Shown: piece by piece, positions 56,039 to 64,000 of the stretch | How the letters are laid out: every line of letters starts with the position of its first letter | Position numbering within the stretch: position 1 is the stretch's first letter | Assembly (NCBI GenBank): GCA_017410075.1 | Contig: JAFQRK010000040.1 | Location: forward strand, 78-64,077 | DNA: 64,000 nt | Direction: 5' to 3' | Source of the DNA: Oscillospiraceae bacterium | GTDB taxonomy: Bacteria > Bacillota > Clostridia > Oscillospirales > Oscillospiraceae | Notes under the pieces: model-generated | Seen by the model: the letters and a program-made list of their open reading frames with translations, nothing else | Told to the model about the DNA's origin: nothing | Database searches by the model: none | Position numbers and translations under genes: made by a program

Positions 56039-57316
56039 TTATTCATCCAGCATAATTTCCAGAATGGTCTGGTCTGTTTGCCGCATACCCTCCCGGGCCA
56101 GACGGCCCACATTGTTCACCGTCTTGTCCACGCCCTTGGTGACGATGCCATCTCCGCCATAGAACTGCTGATTTTCCTGGTACATATCCCAGCCCAGGAT
56201 GCCCGCATCCACCGCTGCCGCGATCTTAGCCGCACAGGAGGGCTTTGCCCCGTCGCAAATCGTACCGGACAAAATGGCAATGGCGTTGACAACCGTATGG
56301 GCAACTGCGCGGAAGCCGCCGCCCTGCAGATAGGCGATGCCTGCACCTGCACCGCAGCCGGCGCTGATCGCGCCGCAGTAAGCACTCAGCCGACCGATGC
56401 CGGTCTTTTGGTGGATGGTGACCAGATCGCTCAAGGCAACTGCACGGAGCATTTCTTCCTCAGTTTTCCCCAGAGCTTCGGCATAAATTGCCACCGGCAC
56501 GCTGGCGGTAATGCCCTGGTTGCCGCTGCCGGAAAGGATGATCACCGGCATCTCACAGCCGCTCATACGGGCATCGCTGCCGGCCGCGGCATAGGCCGCC
56601 GCCCGCTTGCTCAAAAGCGCGCCCTGCCGGGCAAGCAAAACACTGCCGATATTGGCGCCCCAGCGGTTTTCAACACCCTCTTTTGCAATGGCCATATTGC
56701 ACTTTACCTGCCGTCCCACCAGCTCCCGGATGTCCTCCGGTGCCACGCAGTCGGCAAATTCCACAATCTTTTCAATGCTCAGGCAGCTTTTGTCCGTCAG
56801 ATGATCCTCCGAAGATTCCTCAATAGGCTGTGACTGCAGGATCTGACCGTTTTTCTCTATGTAGGCGATATTGGTGTGATGGTTGATGATCCGCAGCCGC
56901 ACCCGGTTTTCGCCGCTGTATAGCGTAAGATCAATATCAAACACCAGGCAGGAGCTGGCAGGCTGGATCTCCACCGGGGTGGTTGCCATATATGCCTTCA
57001 GCTGGCGCTTCTGCTGCTCAGTAACGCAGCTAATGACCTCCAGCACCTTGTCCGCATCACCGGCAACGACGCCTGCGCAGACCGCAGCGCTGATGCCGTG
57101 GAGACCGCCGGTGTTGGGAACGATAACACTTTTCACATTCTTGATAATATTGCCGCTGACGCGGATCTCCACTTTTTCAGGCAATGCGCCCAAAATCTGC
57201 CGTGCCTTTGCGCCGGCATAGGCCAATGCGATGGGCTCGGTGCAGCCCATTGCCGGCTGCAGCTCCTCCGCCAGAATATCCAGATACTGCTGATAGAGCG
57301 TGTCCCCTCTTTTCAT
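56039..57316 (-). CDS. L-cysteine desulfidase / serine dehydratase alpha-like (UPF0597)
   Basis: PAMGCTEP, GSDARMSG, SGSGNQG, GRLSAYCG, CDGAKPSCA. Confidence 0.85.
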   Translation of the reverse strand: MKRGDTLYQQYLDILAEELQPAMGCTEPIALAYAGAKARQILGALPEKVEIRVSGNIIKNVKSVIVPNTGGLHGISAAVCAGVVAGDADKVLEVISCVTEQQKRQLKAYMATTPVEIQPASSCLVFDIDLTLYSGENRVRLRIINHHTNIAYIEKNGQILQSQPIEESSEDHLTDKSCLSIEKIVEFADCVAPEDIRELVGRQVKCNMAIAKEGVENRWGANIGSVLLARQGALLSKRAAAYAAAGSDARMSGCEMPVIILSGSGNQGITASVPVAIYAEALGKTEEEMLRAVALSDLVTIHQKTGIGRLSAYCGAISAGCGAGAGIAYLQGGGFRAVAHTVVNAIAILSGTICDGAKPSCAAKIAAAVDAGILGWDMYQENQQFYGGDGIVTKGVDKTVNNVGRLAREGMRQTDQTILEIMLDE

Positions 57317-57426
57317 CGTATCGCCTCCTGTCTGTATCTTTTATCAGTATAACACCGATGATAAAAAAAGTAAATAAAAAGTGCCCACTACGGACAGCGC
57401 CATAGTGAGCACTATGTAGGTGACAC

Positions 57427-57666
57427 TTACTTCAGGATCTTGAAATAGTCCAGAACGGCAAATACGATACCTGCCAGGCAGTACAGACCGACAACGCCGC
57501 CTACCAGCCAGCCAATGATGCCGCCGATGAGGGGGATCAGGCCGATCAGGCCGCATACCAGGCCTACCACCAGCTCGATGACTAAGTACACAACGATCTT
57601 GATGATCAGGGTCTTGACATCCTTGGTGTCAAAAGAGAAGGGGAAATAGGCTTTGATCATATCCAT
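57427..57666 (-). CDS. Small hydrophobic membrane protein
   Basis: 79 aa with 2 TM segments; RBS AAGGAG and an upstream TTGCAT-17-TATAAT promoter. Confidence 0.7.
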   Translation of the reverse strand: MDMIKAYFPFSFDTKDVKTLIIKIVVYLVIELVVGLVCGLIGLIPLIGGIIGWLVGGVVGLYCLAGIVFAVLDYFKILK

Positions 57667-57820
57667 AATAAAAACTCCTTTTTAAAATTTTGATATAATA
57701 ATTATATCACTATTTGCAGGAAATGCAAGTATTTCTCCTAAAAACACAAAAAAGGATCTTTCATTGCGCCTTCGCGACCTCAGCCCCCTCATCAGAGGGG
57801 GCTGGCAAAATCTTTGTTTT

Positions 57821-58360
57821 TTAGTTTTCCATCTGCTTGCCCAAAAAGGCCGCCACGGTCTGGGCCAGCTTCTGATCCGGCTCCGTCAGAGGCGCATCGC
57901 CCTCGTTGAGCAGCAGCATCACACAGCCCATCAGATCGCCCTGGGACAAAATTGGCGCCGCCACGCCCAGCCGATAATCCGCGCCCTCGGCAGCAGGAAT
58001 GGCAGGCGCACCGCTTTCATAACGGTAATTGCGCCGCTGCTCCATCAGCTTGCCCAGCTCCCGGGAATTGGGCTTGTCCAGCAGCTCCCGTTTGGGCGCA
58101 CCGGACAGCGCGATGATGGCATCCCGGTCAGAAACCGCCGCAATGCGGCCGGTGTTGGAGCCGATGGCCTCACACATCTGGGCCGCAAAATCCTGCAGGT
58201 CTCCCATCGGGGAATACTTGCGGAAGATCACACCGCCGTCTTTTTCCGTATAGATCTCCAGCGGATCGCCCTCCCGGATCCTTAAAGTTCTTCTGATTTC
58301 TTTCGGGATAACGATTCTTCCCAAATCGTCCACACGACGGACAATGCCAGTTGCTTTCAT
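57821..58360 (-). CDS. spoVT: Stage V sporulation regulator SpoVT
   Basis: MKATGIVRRVDDLGRIVIPKEIRRTLRIREGDPLEI (AbrB domain) plus a GAF C-terminus ending FLGKQME. Confidence 0.9.
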   Translation of the reverse strand: MKATGIVRRVDDLGRIVIPKEIRRTLRIREGDPLEIYTEKDGGVIFRKYSPMGDLQDFAAQMCEAIGSNTGRIAAVSDRDAIIALSGAPKRELLDKPNSRELGKLMEQRRNYRYESGAPAIPAAEGADYRLGVAAPILSQGDLMGCVMLLLNEGDAPLTEPDQKLAQTVAAFLGKQMEN

Positions 58361-58405
58361 ATATCTTTCTCCTTTTACGATACTTGACAGCGCCACCAAA
58401 AACCG

Positions 58406-58493
58406 TGTCATTCCGAGCCAGTGCGCACACTGGCGTGGGAATCCCCTTTTAGCCGGGAGATCGCCACGGTCGCGTTGCTTCCCCGCAATGACA
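58406..58493. repeat. REP-like palindromic element
   Basis: Termini TGTCATT...AATGACA with inner hairpin GCCAGTG/CACTGGC and CGTGG...CCACG pairing. Confidence 0.6.
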
Positions 58494-58610
58494 GTGGTAG
58501 TCGATCCGCGCCTACAATAATTTTACAAATTACGATGCTATTATTTGTAAAAGGGAAAGAAATATACTGCAAAAGAAAAATGAACCTGCTCTCTTTTCAA
58601 AGACACAGGT

Positions 58611-58814
58611 TCATCTTTTTTCGAATTCTTCTCCGGTGATCAGATAGTTAATGGAAACATTGAAATACTTGGACATTTCCACCAGCAGTGCCAGCGACGG
58701 CTCTCGCTTGCCGTTTTCATAATAAGACAGCGCCTCCCGGGAGATGTTTAAGTCCATCGCCACTTTTTGCTGATTCAAATTCCGCCTTTTTCGTATATTT
58801 TTCAACCCGATCAT
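58611..58814 (-). CDS. XRE-family HTH regulator
   Basis: LKNIRKRRNLNQQKVA..LNISREALSYYENGKREP. Confidence 0.88.
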   Translation of the reverse strand: MIGLKNIRKRRNLNQQKVAMDLNISREALSYYENGKREPSLALLVEMSKYFNVSINYLITGEEFEKR

Positions 58815-58835
58815 CAAATCCCCCCTTGCATTTAT

Positions 58836-58876
58836 TGTAACATTGTGTTACATTCATTATGTAACAGTTCGTTACA
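58836..58876. promoter_or_regulatory. Two tandem dyad operators TGTAAC-N5-GTTACA
   Basis: TGTAACATTGTGTTACA (58836-58852) and TGTAACAGTTCGTTACA (58860-58876). Confidence 0.7.
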
Positions 58877-58899
58877 TAACATGCAGGAGGGACGGGCTT

Positions 58900-59994
58900 A
58901 TGGGCAAATATACAAAAAACGGCAAGATAGATTTTCTTAAATTCCTCTTTGCCGTTGTGATCGTCATTCATCACGGCGCAAAAAATGTAATAGATATCGA
59001 GAATCCGCTGTATACCGGCGGCTCTCTGGCTGTAGAATTTTTCTTTATCGTTTCCGGTTACCTGCTAATGGCCAGCATCAGCCGTCTGCCTGACCGTACC
59101 CTGCCATTGGGCATCGAAACCGGCAAATTTATGTGGCGGAAGATCAAAGGGCTCTACCCGGAAGTAGCGGTGGCTTTTGTAATGGGCTTTGTTCTGGATT
59201 TGCTTTTCAAAGGCAGAGGCTTTTGGGAATTATGGACAATGTCCTTTCACAATCTGTTCCTGCTGAAAATGACCGGCGTGGGAATGGTGACCATCAATGC
59301 CCAAACCTGGTATCTGTCCTCTATGCTGCTGTGTATGTTTATTCTGTTTCCGCTGATTCGTAAACATCCGCAAATGATGGCAAATGTGGTGCTGCCTTTG
59401 GTGGGTCTGCTGTTTCTTGGCTACCTCTGCATCAACAAAACCCACCCCCGAGACCCCTCCGCCATTTGGAAAGAATTTACCTACAAGGGCAACATCCGGG
59501 CGATGGCTGAGCTGAGCATAGGTGTCAGCCTATATCCGCTGGCGCAGCGGCTGAAGCAAATTAAGCTCTCTACACTCAGCCGGATTTTCCTTTTCCTTGC
59601 AGAATGGGGCTGTTACACCGTCGTTTTCCTATATATGCGCAACAGCCTTGCATCCCGCTTGGACTATTATTATATCGCCATCTTTGCCGTAGCAATTCTG
59701 CTTTCCTTCAGCCAGCAAGGTATTGATGCCAATTGGTATCAGTTCGGCATCTTCTCGTTCCTGGGAAAATTCAGCCTGGCGCTGTATCTTTCCCACCATT
59801 GCTGGGCGATCCATATGAAAAATCTTTTCCCGGCACTTTCCAACAATAGGCGGTTTGCGGTCTATCTTGTGATCTCTTTTGCGTCCGCCGGAGCGATTAT
59901 GCTTGTGTCTTTCCTGCTGCGGAAGCTGGGAAAGCTGCTGAAAAAACCGATTCGAAAGCTGCTGCTTGTTCAGGAAAATCAGCCCGCCGCCTAA
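58900..59994 (+). CDS. Acyltransferase family 3
   Basis: IDFLK...HH, AVEFFFIVSGY, TWYLS, SLALYLSH. Confidence 0.85.
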   Translation: MGKYTKNGKIDFLKFLFAVVIVIHHGAKNVIDIENPLYTGGSLAVEFFFIVSGYLLMASISRLPDRTLPLGIETGKFMWRKIKGLYPEVAVAFVMGFVLDLLFKGRGFWELWTMSFHNLFLLKMTGVGMVTINAQTWYLSSMLLCMFILFPLIRKHPQMMANVVLPLVGLLFLGYLCINKTHPRDPSAIWKEFTYKGNIRAMAELSIGVSLYPLAQRLKQIKLSTLSRIFLFLAEWGCYTVVFLYMRNSLASRLDYYYIAIFAVAILLSFSQQGIDANWYQFGIFSFLGKFSLALYLSHHCWAIHMKNLFPALSNNRRFAVYLVISFASAGAIMLVSFLLRKLGKLLKKPIRKLLLVQENQPAA

Positions 59995-60006
59995 TAAAAA
60001 CCGCAT

Positions 60007-60040
60007 ACAGCGCAGTGAAAATTCACTGCGCTGTTTCTTT
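60007..60040 (+). terminator. Intrinsic terminator
   Basis: ACAGCGCAGTGAA/TTCACTGCGCTGT followed by TTCTTT. Confidence 0.8.
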
Positions 60041-60114
60041 GTCCGAATATGCCATTTGCTTTTTATGCCGTTTTCTGGTACAATAGCATCACCGTAACAG
60101 AAAGGGGCATCGCT

Positions 60115-60591
60115 ATGAAAAAAGTATTGGCAATCCTTCTAACTACTGTTATTCTGCTGAGCCTGGCCTCCTGCGGGAAAGTAGTAGACGATCTGAAAGG
60201 TTTGATGCAGATTCGAACCGCTGCCGATAAGGTGAGCGAAGAAAATTTAGTTGGCGCCATGCAGGGACATTGGGCTATAGGCCAAGGCTCCAGCTGTGAC
60301 GGTGTGTCTATTTCGGATACCGAGTTCGTTTTCTGGACATATCCCGGCGAATACGGACTGACCGGCTACATAAGGGATGTCACGCAATACGCAGATTACT
60401 TTGAAATCACCGTATATTACCCTTCCGCCGATCATATGGGAAGCTATTACGAAGAAGAAACATCTTACTACTATATTTACAGCAACGATAATTTCCTTAC
60501 AACGCTTGTCCTCGACGGATATACATTTCACTATATCGGAACCCCGTCGGAGCTTTTGTCTGATGCCTGCGAGCGGTATCTAAACGGCTAA
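60115..60591 (+). CDS. Hypothetical lipoprotein
   Basis: MKKVLAILLTTVILLSLASC lipobox. Confidence 0.7.
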   Translation: MKKVLAILLTTVILLSLASCGKVVDDLKGLMQIRTAADKVSEENLVGAMQGHWAIGQGSSCDGVSISDTEFVFWTYPGEYGLTGYIRDVTQYADYFEITVYYPSADHMGSYYEEETSYYYIYSNDNFLTTLVLDGYTFHYIGTPSELLSDACERYLNG

Positions 60592-60620
60592 TTAACAGTT
60601 CTGCACAAGAGGTAAAGAAA

Positions 60621-61340
60621 ATGTCCGAAACACAGTCCCTCAATCCATGCCGCATCCTCAGCGGCAGCGCGCTGAAGCTGATCGCCGTGATCACCATGCT
60701 GATCGACCACATCGGTTATGTGTTCTACGCCTTCCCCGTTTTCCGGGAGCCGCTGTTCACCGCGCTGGGTGAAACCGTTACCCTCTATTTCATTCTGCGT
60801 AAGATCGGCCGGCTGGCCTTCCCAATCTACTGCTTCCTGATCGGTGAAGGATTGCGCCATACCCGAAATCAGCTGGCATACCTCGCCCGATTGCTGATCT
60901 TTGCCGTTATTTCCGAGATCCCCTTCAATCTGATGGTCAGCGGCGATCTGCTCTGCGCCGACAGTCAAAATGTGTTCTTTACACTATTTTTCGGCGCTCT
61001 GGCCATTTACTTCTACCGCAATATCAAAAGCACCCCCTTGAAGGCGGTGCTGATGCTGGCAGTCCTGGGCGTTTCCATCTATGCCAACGCCGATTACGGC
61101 GCAGCCGGTATGGCGGTCATCGTAGTGCTGTATTTTCTCCGGGAGCATCCCATCGTGCAGGCCATTGCAGGCTATCCGCTGTTCTCCGGCGGCATTTACG
61201 CCGTAGCCGCATTTGTTCCCATTTCGATGTATAACGGCCAGCGGGGCTTTATCAAGCACCCCGTTCTGAAATACGCATTTTACCTTTTCTACCCGGCGCA
61301 TATGCTGGTGCTGGTGGGGATCAAAAAGCTAGTTACATAA
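60621..61340 (+). CDS. TraX family membrane protein
   Basis: LKLIAVITMLIDHIG, GRLAFPIYCF, SEIPF, QNVFFTL, YNGQRG, FYLFYPAH. Confidence 0.85.
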   Translation: MSETQSLNPCRILSGSALKLIAVITMLIDHIGYVFYAFPVFREPLFTALGETVTLYFILRKIGRLAFPIYCFLIGEGLRHTRNQLAYLARLLIFAVISEIPFNLMVSGDLLCADSQNVFFTLFFGALAIYFYRNIKSTPLKAVLMLAVLGVSIYANADYGAAGMAVIVVLYFLREHPIVQAIAGYPLFSGGIYAVAAFVPISMYNGQRGFIKHPVLKYAFYLFYPAHMLVLVGIKKLVT

Positions 61341-61341
61341 C

Positions 61342-61380
61342 AAAACAGCGGCGTGAAATCCACGCCGCTGTTGCTTTTTT
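61342..61380. terminator. Bidirectional terminator
   Basis: AACAGCGGCGTG/CACGCCGCTGTT between convergent genes. Confidence 0.8.
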
Positions 61381-62497
61381 ACTTTTCTTTCGTCAGCAGG
61401 CCGCCCAGCTTTCGCACCTGCTTGACCGTAAAGTCGCCGAATTTTTCCACCGTGAAATGATAAGCGATGGCCAGCACCACCGTAGCCGCCAAGGACGACA
61501 GGAACGCCCCGCCGACGGTAACACCGGGATGCCATTCTTGCTTCATTCCGCGAATCAGCACCCAGCTGCCCACAGAGCAGATCACCGGCCAATGGAACGC
61601 GTAAATGCCGAAGCTGATCTTGCCGATCCACAGGAAGATCTTTGCCGAAAATACCTTCTGCAACACAGAAAACCGATTCAGCGTGATCAGCAGGAAGCAA
61701 TGGATCAGGGTGTAGCCGGTGACCTTGTCGATCACTGCCGGGCAGACCTTTGCTTTGGTCAGCCAGGTATATGCAAAATAGATCACCGCACAGACGGCAA
61801 CGAACCGCAGGTACTTTTCTGTCAGCACACGCAGCTGCTCATCGTAATATCCGATCAGGAAACCGGCAAAGCAGGCCGTAGCCACCTGATTGTCCAGCAG
61901 CAGGAAGCACAGCAGCAGAAGCAGCGGCAGCCAATGTGTCTTCTTCTGATAGGTATGATCCACCAGCTTGCACACATAGATCAGCACCGAGGAAAGCAGC
62001 ATATCCTTGATCACCCAGAAGGGTGCATTAAAGCTGCACGAGCCCCGGAACATCGCCCGCCAGGACTGCTCAAACACATCTCTGAACACAAACGGCTGCT
62101 TGTAATATTTTTGATACCAGGTGTTCTTGAAAAATTCCTTGGTGTCTGCAGCGTAGAAGCCTACCGTCTTGGAAAGTCCAAAAATGATCAGGCACGCGCC
62201 CAGAATGGGAATAAACAGCCGCAGGAAACGGGAAACCGATTTGGTCACCAGATCCGGCGTGCTTTTGATCTTGGAAAAAGACAGCAGATAGCCGCTGATG
62301 GCCATAAACGCATACAGCCAGAAGGTGGCTACCAGTGCCCACTTACTGCCCCACTCATTGAAGTCGTCAAACACTCTGTGATCCAGTGGCGATGCGCCGG
62401 AGGTCAGCCGGTAGATGTTCCAGAAATGTCCGATCAGGATCATCAAGCACAAAAGTCCCTTATAGCCGTCGATATAATGCATCCGTTTCTTTTCCAT
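61379..62497 (-). CDS. Acyltransferase family 3
   Basis: YIDGYKG...GH, FMAISGYLL, RFLRL, NAPFW, GKISFGIYAFH. Confidence 0.85.
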   Translation of the reverse strand: MEKKRMHYIDGYKGLLCLMILIGHFWNIYRLTSGASPLDHRVFDDFNEWGSKWALVATFWLYAFMAISGYLLSFSKIKSTPDLVTKSVSRFLRLFIPILGACLIIFGLSKTVGFYAADTKEFFKNTWYQKYYKQPFVFRDVFEQSWRAMFRGSCSFNAPFWVIKDMLLSSVLIYVCKLVDHTYQKKTHWLPLLLLLCFLLLDNQVATACFAGFLIGYYDEQLRVLTEKYLRFVAVCAVIYFAYTWLTKAKVCPAVIDKVTGYTLIHCFLLITLNRFSVLQKVFSAKIFLWIGKISFGIYAFHWPVICSVGSWVLIRGMKQEWHPGVTVGGAFLSSLAATVVLAIAYHFTVEKFGDFTVKQVRKLGGLLTKEK

Positions 62498-62598
62498 AAC
62501 GCTTCTCCCTTCTTTTGTTCATCTTTTGACACAATTATAACAAAATGCTTGCGCAATAGCAAGTGTAGAAGTAGAATGTAAGAAAGGGCGGTGATACG

Positions 62599-63072
62599 AT
62601 GCGATTTGTTTTTAACGGAACGCTGGAGGAATTAAAAGAAACGATCCGGCAGAAGGCACAGGAAGAGCAAAAGGAAATCGTTGTTTTCTATGCTGATTCA
62701 GACAGAATAGAGATCGGTTTTTGTCGCTTGGGCTACAACGCCGGCAGATTTTATATTGCCAAGATCACGCAGGAAAACAGCACCGTAACCCTGGACGGCG
62801 AAACTAAGAATGTTTACCCAAACAGCGACGGAGGCTTCCTTTCGAAAGTCAAAGAATATCTTTTTGCCTTTTTCTTAGGATATGTTTTTCTTGAGGCTCT
62901 GCCTTTTCTCCTATGGCTGTTTTTGCGTCGCTACATAAGCATCTGGATCCCTCTGGCCTTGCCTTTTATTTATATGGCAATACGCCCATTTTTTAACAAA
63001 AGAGAAAACGAAAAACTGGACAAATCCTTTGTGGAGTTTATGTCTTCCTTTTCCCAATATGATGCGAGATAA
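62599..63072 (+). CDS. Hypothetical membrane protein
   Basis: 157 aa ORF with an RBS and two C-terminal TM segments. Confidence 0.6.
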   Translation: MRFVFNGTLEELKETIRQKAQEEQKEIVVFYADSDRIEIGFCRLGYNAGRFYIAKITQENSTVTLDGETKNVYPNSDGGFLSKVKEYLFAFFLGYVFLEALPFLLWLFLRRYISIWIPLALPFIYMAIRPFFNKRENEKLDKSFVEFMSSFSQYDAR

Positions 63073-63096
63073 CCTTCCAAAAAGAGAGGTATTACT

Positions 63097-64000
63097 ATGC
63101 CGGAACTCAAGCCGCAATATGAAAATCTCCACGAATATGAATTCTACCCCGTCAATTTGCTGACGGAGTATCAGCAGTGCATCGACGAGGGTTTGGACAT
63201 AGAAGAATACAAGGATGTATTCACCGCGGTCTATTATCTTCCCAATGACGAGACCAAAAAGAAACTGGGCGATGCCCTGTTTGAAAAAGTACGCTCCGCC
63301 AAAATGCGGGAGGATTATCCCTATAACGAGCCCTCTGATCTTCCGTCTATCCAGGCTCTGCGTAAACCCTACAGTTATGCAAAAACCGCACCCACCGATA
63401 TGGAGGACAAGCTCCTGGGCGCGTGGCTGGGCCGCACCTGCGGCTGTCTGCTGGGCAAGTCCGTCGAGGGCATCCACTCTGATGAGCTGATCCCTTTCCT
63501 GCAGGAGACCGGCAATTTTCCTCTGCACCGCTATATCCTGCGGTCTGATCTGACGGATGCGATCCGCCAAAAGTACAAATTTGACTTCGATATTTGCACC
63601 TACGCCGACGACGGCGCGGGTATGCCCCCGGACGATGACACCAATTACACGGTGCTGTATCAGGCGATCATCGAAAAGTACGGTCGGGATTTCACCCCGG
63701 ACGATGTGGCAAACACCTGGCTGAATGCCCTGCCCAAGGATTCCTACTGTACCGCCGAGCGGGTGGCATACTGCAATTTTGTTAACGGCTTCCGGCCGTC
63801 CCAGTCCGCCGTGTATCAAAACGCCTACCGGGAATGGATCGGCGCCCAGATCCGTGGCGACTATTTCGGCTATATCAACCCCGGCAAGCCGGAAATTGCC
63901 GCCGAAATGGCCTGGCGGGACGCCTGCATCTCCCACATCAAAAACGGCATTTACGGCGAGATGTTTGCCGCTGCTATGCTGTCCGTTGCCGCTGTAAGCA
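63097..64000 (+). CDS. ADP-ribosylglycohydrolase family protein, 3'-partial
   Basis: Hand translation from ATG 63097: GAWLGRTCGCLLGKSVEG, DDDTNYT, TAERVAY, EWIGAQIRGD, DACISH..NGIYGE. No stop before the window end. Confidence 0.85.
   Translation, partial: MPELKPQYENLHEYEFYPVNLLTEYQQCIDEGLDIEEYKDVFTAVYYLPNDETKKKLGDALFEKVRSAKMREDYPYNEPSDLPSIQALRKPYSYAKTAPTDMEDKLLGAWLGRTCGCLLGKSVEGIHSDELIPFLQETGNFPLHRYILRSDLTDAIRQKYKFDFDICTYADDGAGMPPDDDTNYTVLYQAIIEKYGRDFTPDDVANTWLNALPKDSYCTAERVAYCNFVNGFRPSQSAVYQNAYREWIGAQIRGDYFGYINPGKPEIAAEMAWRDACISHIKNGIYGEMFAAAMLSVAAVS

Noticed and set aside
51032-58814. Prophage suggested by tail-like genes plus an XRE regulator
   Set aside because: The intervening genes are host genes (MBOAT, spoVT, desulfidase), and there are no structural, replication or integration genes.
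60621-61340. TraX as evidence of a conjugative element
   Set aside because: No relaxase, T4SS or integrase is present; stand-alone TraX-family genes are common in Bacillota chromosomes.
62911-63997. Track ORFs at the right end (341 aa minus strand and short plus-strand ORFs)
   Set aside because: The real gene is the unlisted plus-strand frame starting at 63097.
1-64000. CRISPR array, IS transposase or invertible-promoter recombinase
   Set aside because: No regularly spaced direct repeats and no transposase or recombinase ORFs were seen.

Overview
Chromosomal segment of a spore-forming anaerobic Bacillota (Clostridia; the gene set and repeat style suggest Oscillospiraceae, which is an inference). 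More than half of the window encodes surface-glycan synthesis. (i) At the left edge is a GT2 followed by fnlA-udk-fnlB. (ii) A ~21.4 kb minus-strand operon (3991-25383) carries about 14 glycosyltransferases, TagD and two TagF-like enzymes, a PIG-L deacetylase, wecB, wzm/wzt and a Wzy-like protein, but no priming transferase. (iii) A second operon (35073-46397) carries PglE/PglC/PglD-like genes, an HpcH/CitE-family aldolase, an Ldh_2 oxidoreductase, fnlC and a nucleotidyltransferase. (iv) A GT2-fkp fucose-salvage unit, an AlgI/DHHW O-acylation module and three family-3 acyltransferases. Also present: initiator tRNA-Met, a GH2 glycosidase, intact sigK, a trimeric electron-bifurcating [FeFe]-hydrogenase, spoVT, an orphan pair of phage baseplate/tail-fibre-like genes and two pseudogenes. 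The best leads are the aldolase+Ldh_2 module in the amino-sugar operon, the orphan BppU/tail-fibre pair, and the tRNA-fMet gene followed by an inverted degenerate copy of itself, a structured repeat and an inverted-repeat-bounded AT-rich cassette. All protein assignments come from motif recognition only; no database searches were run.
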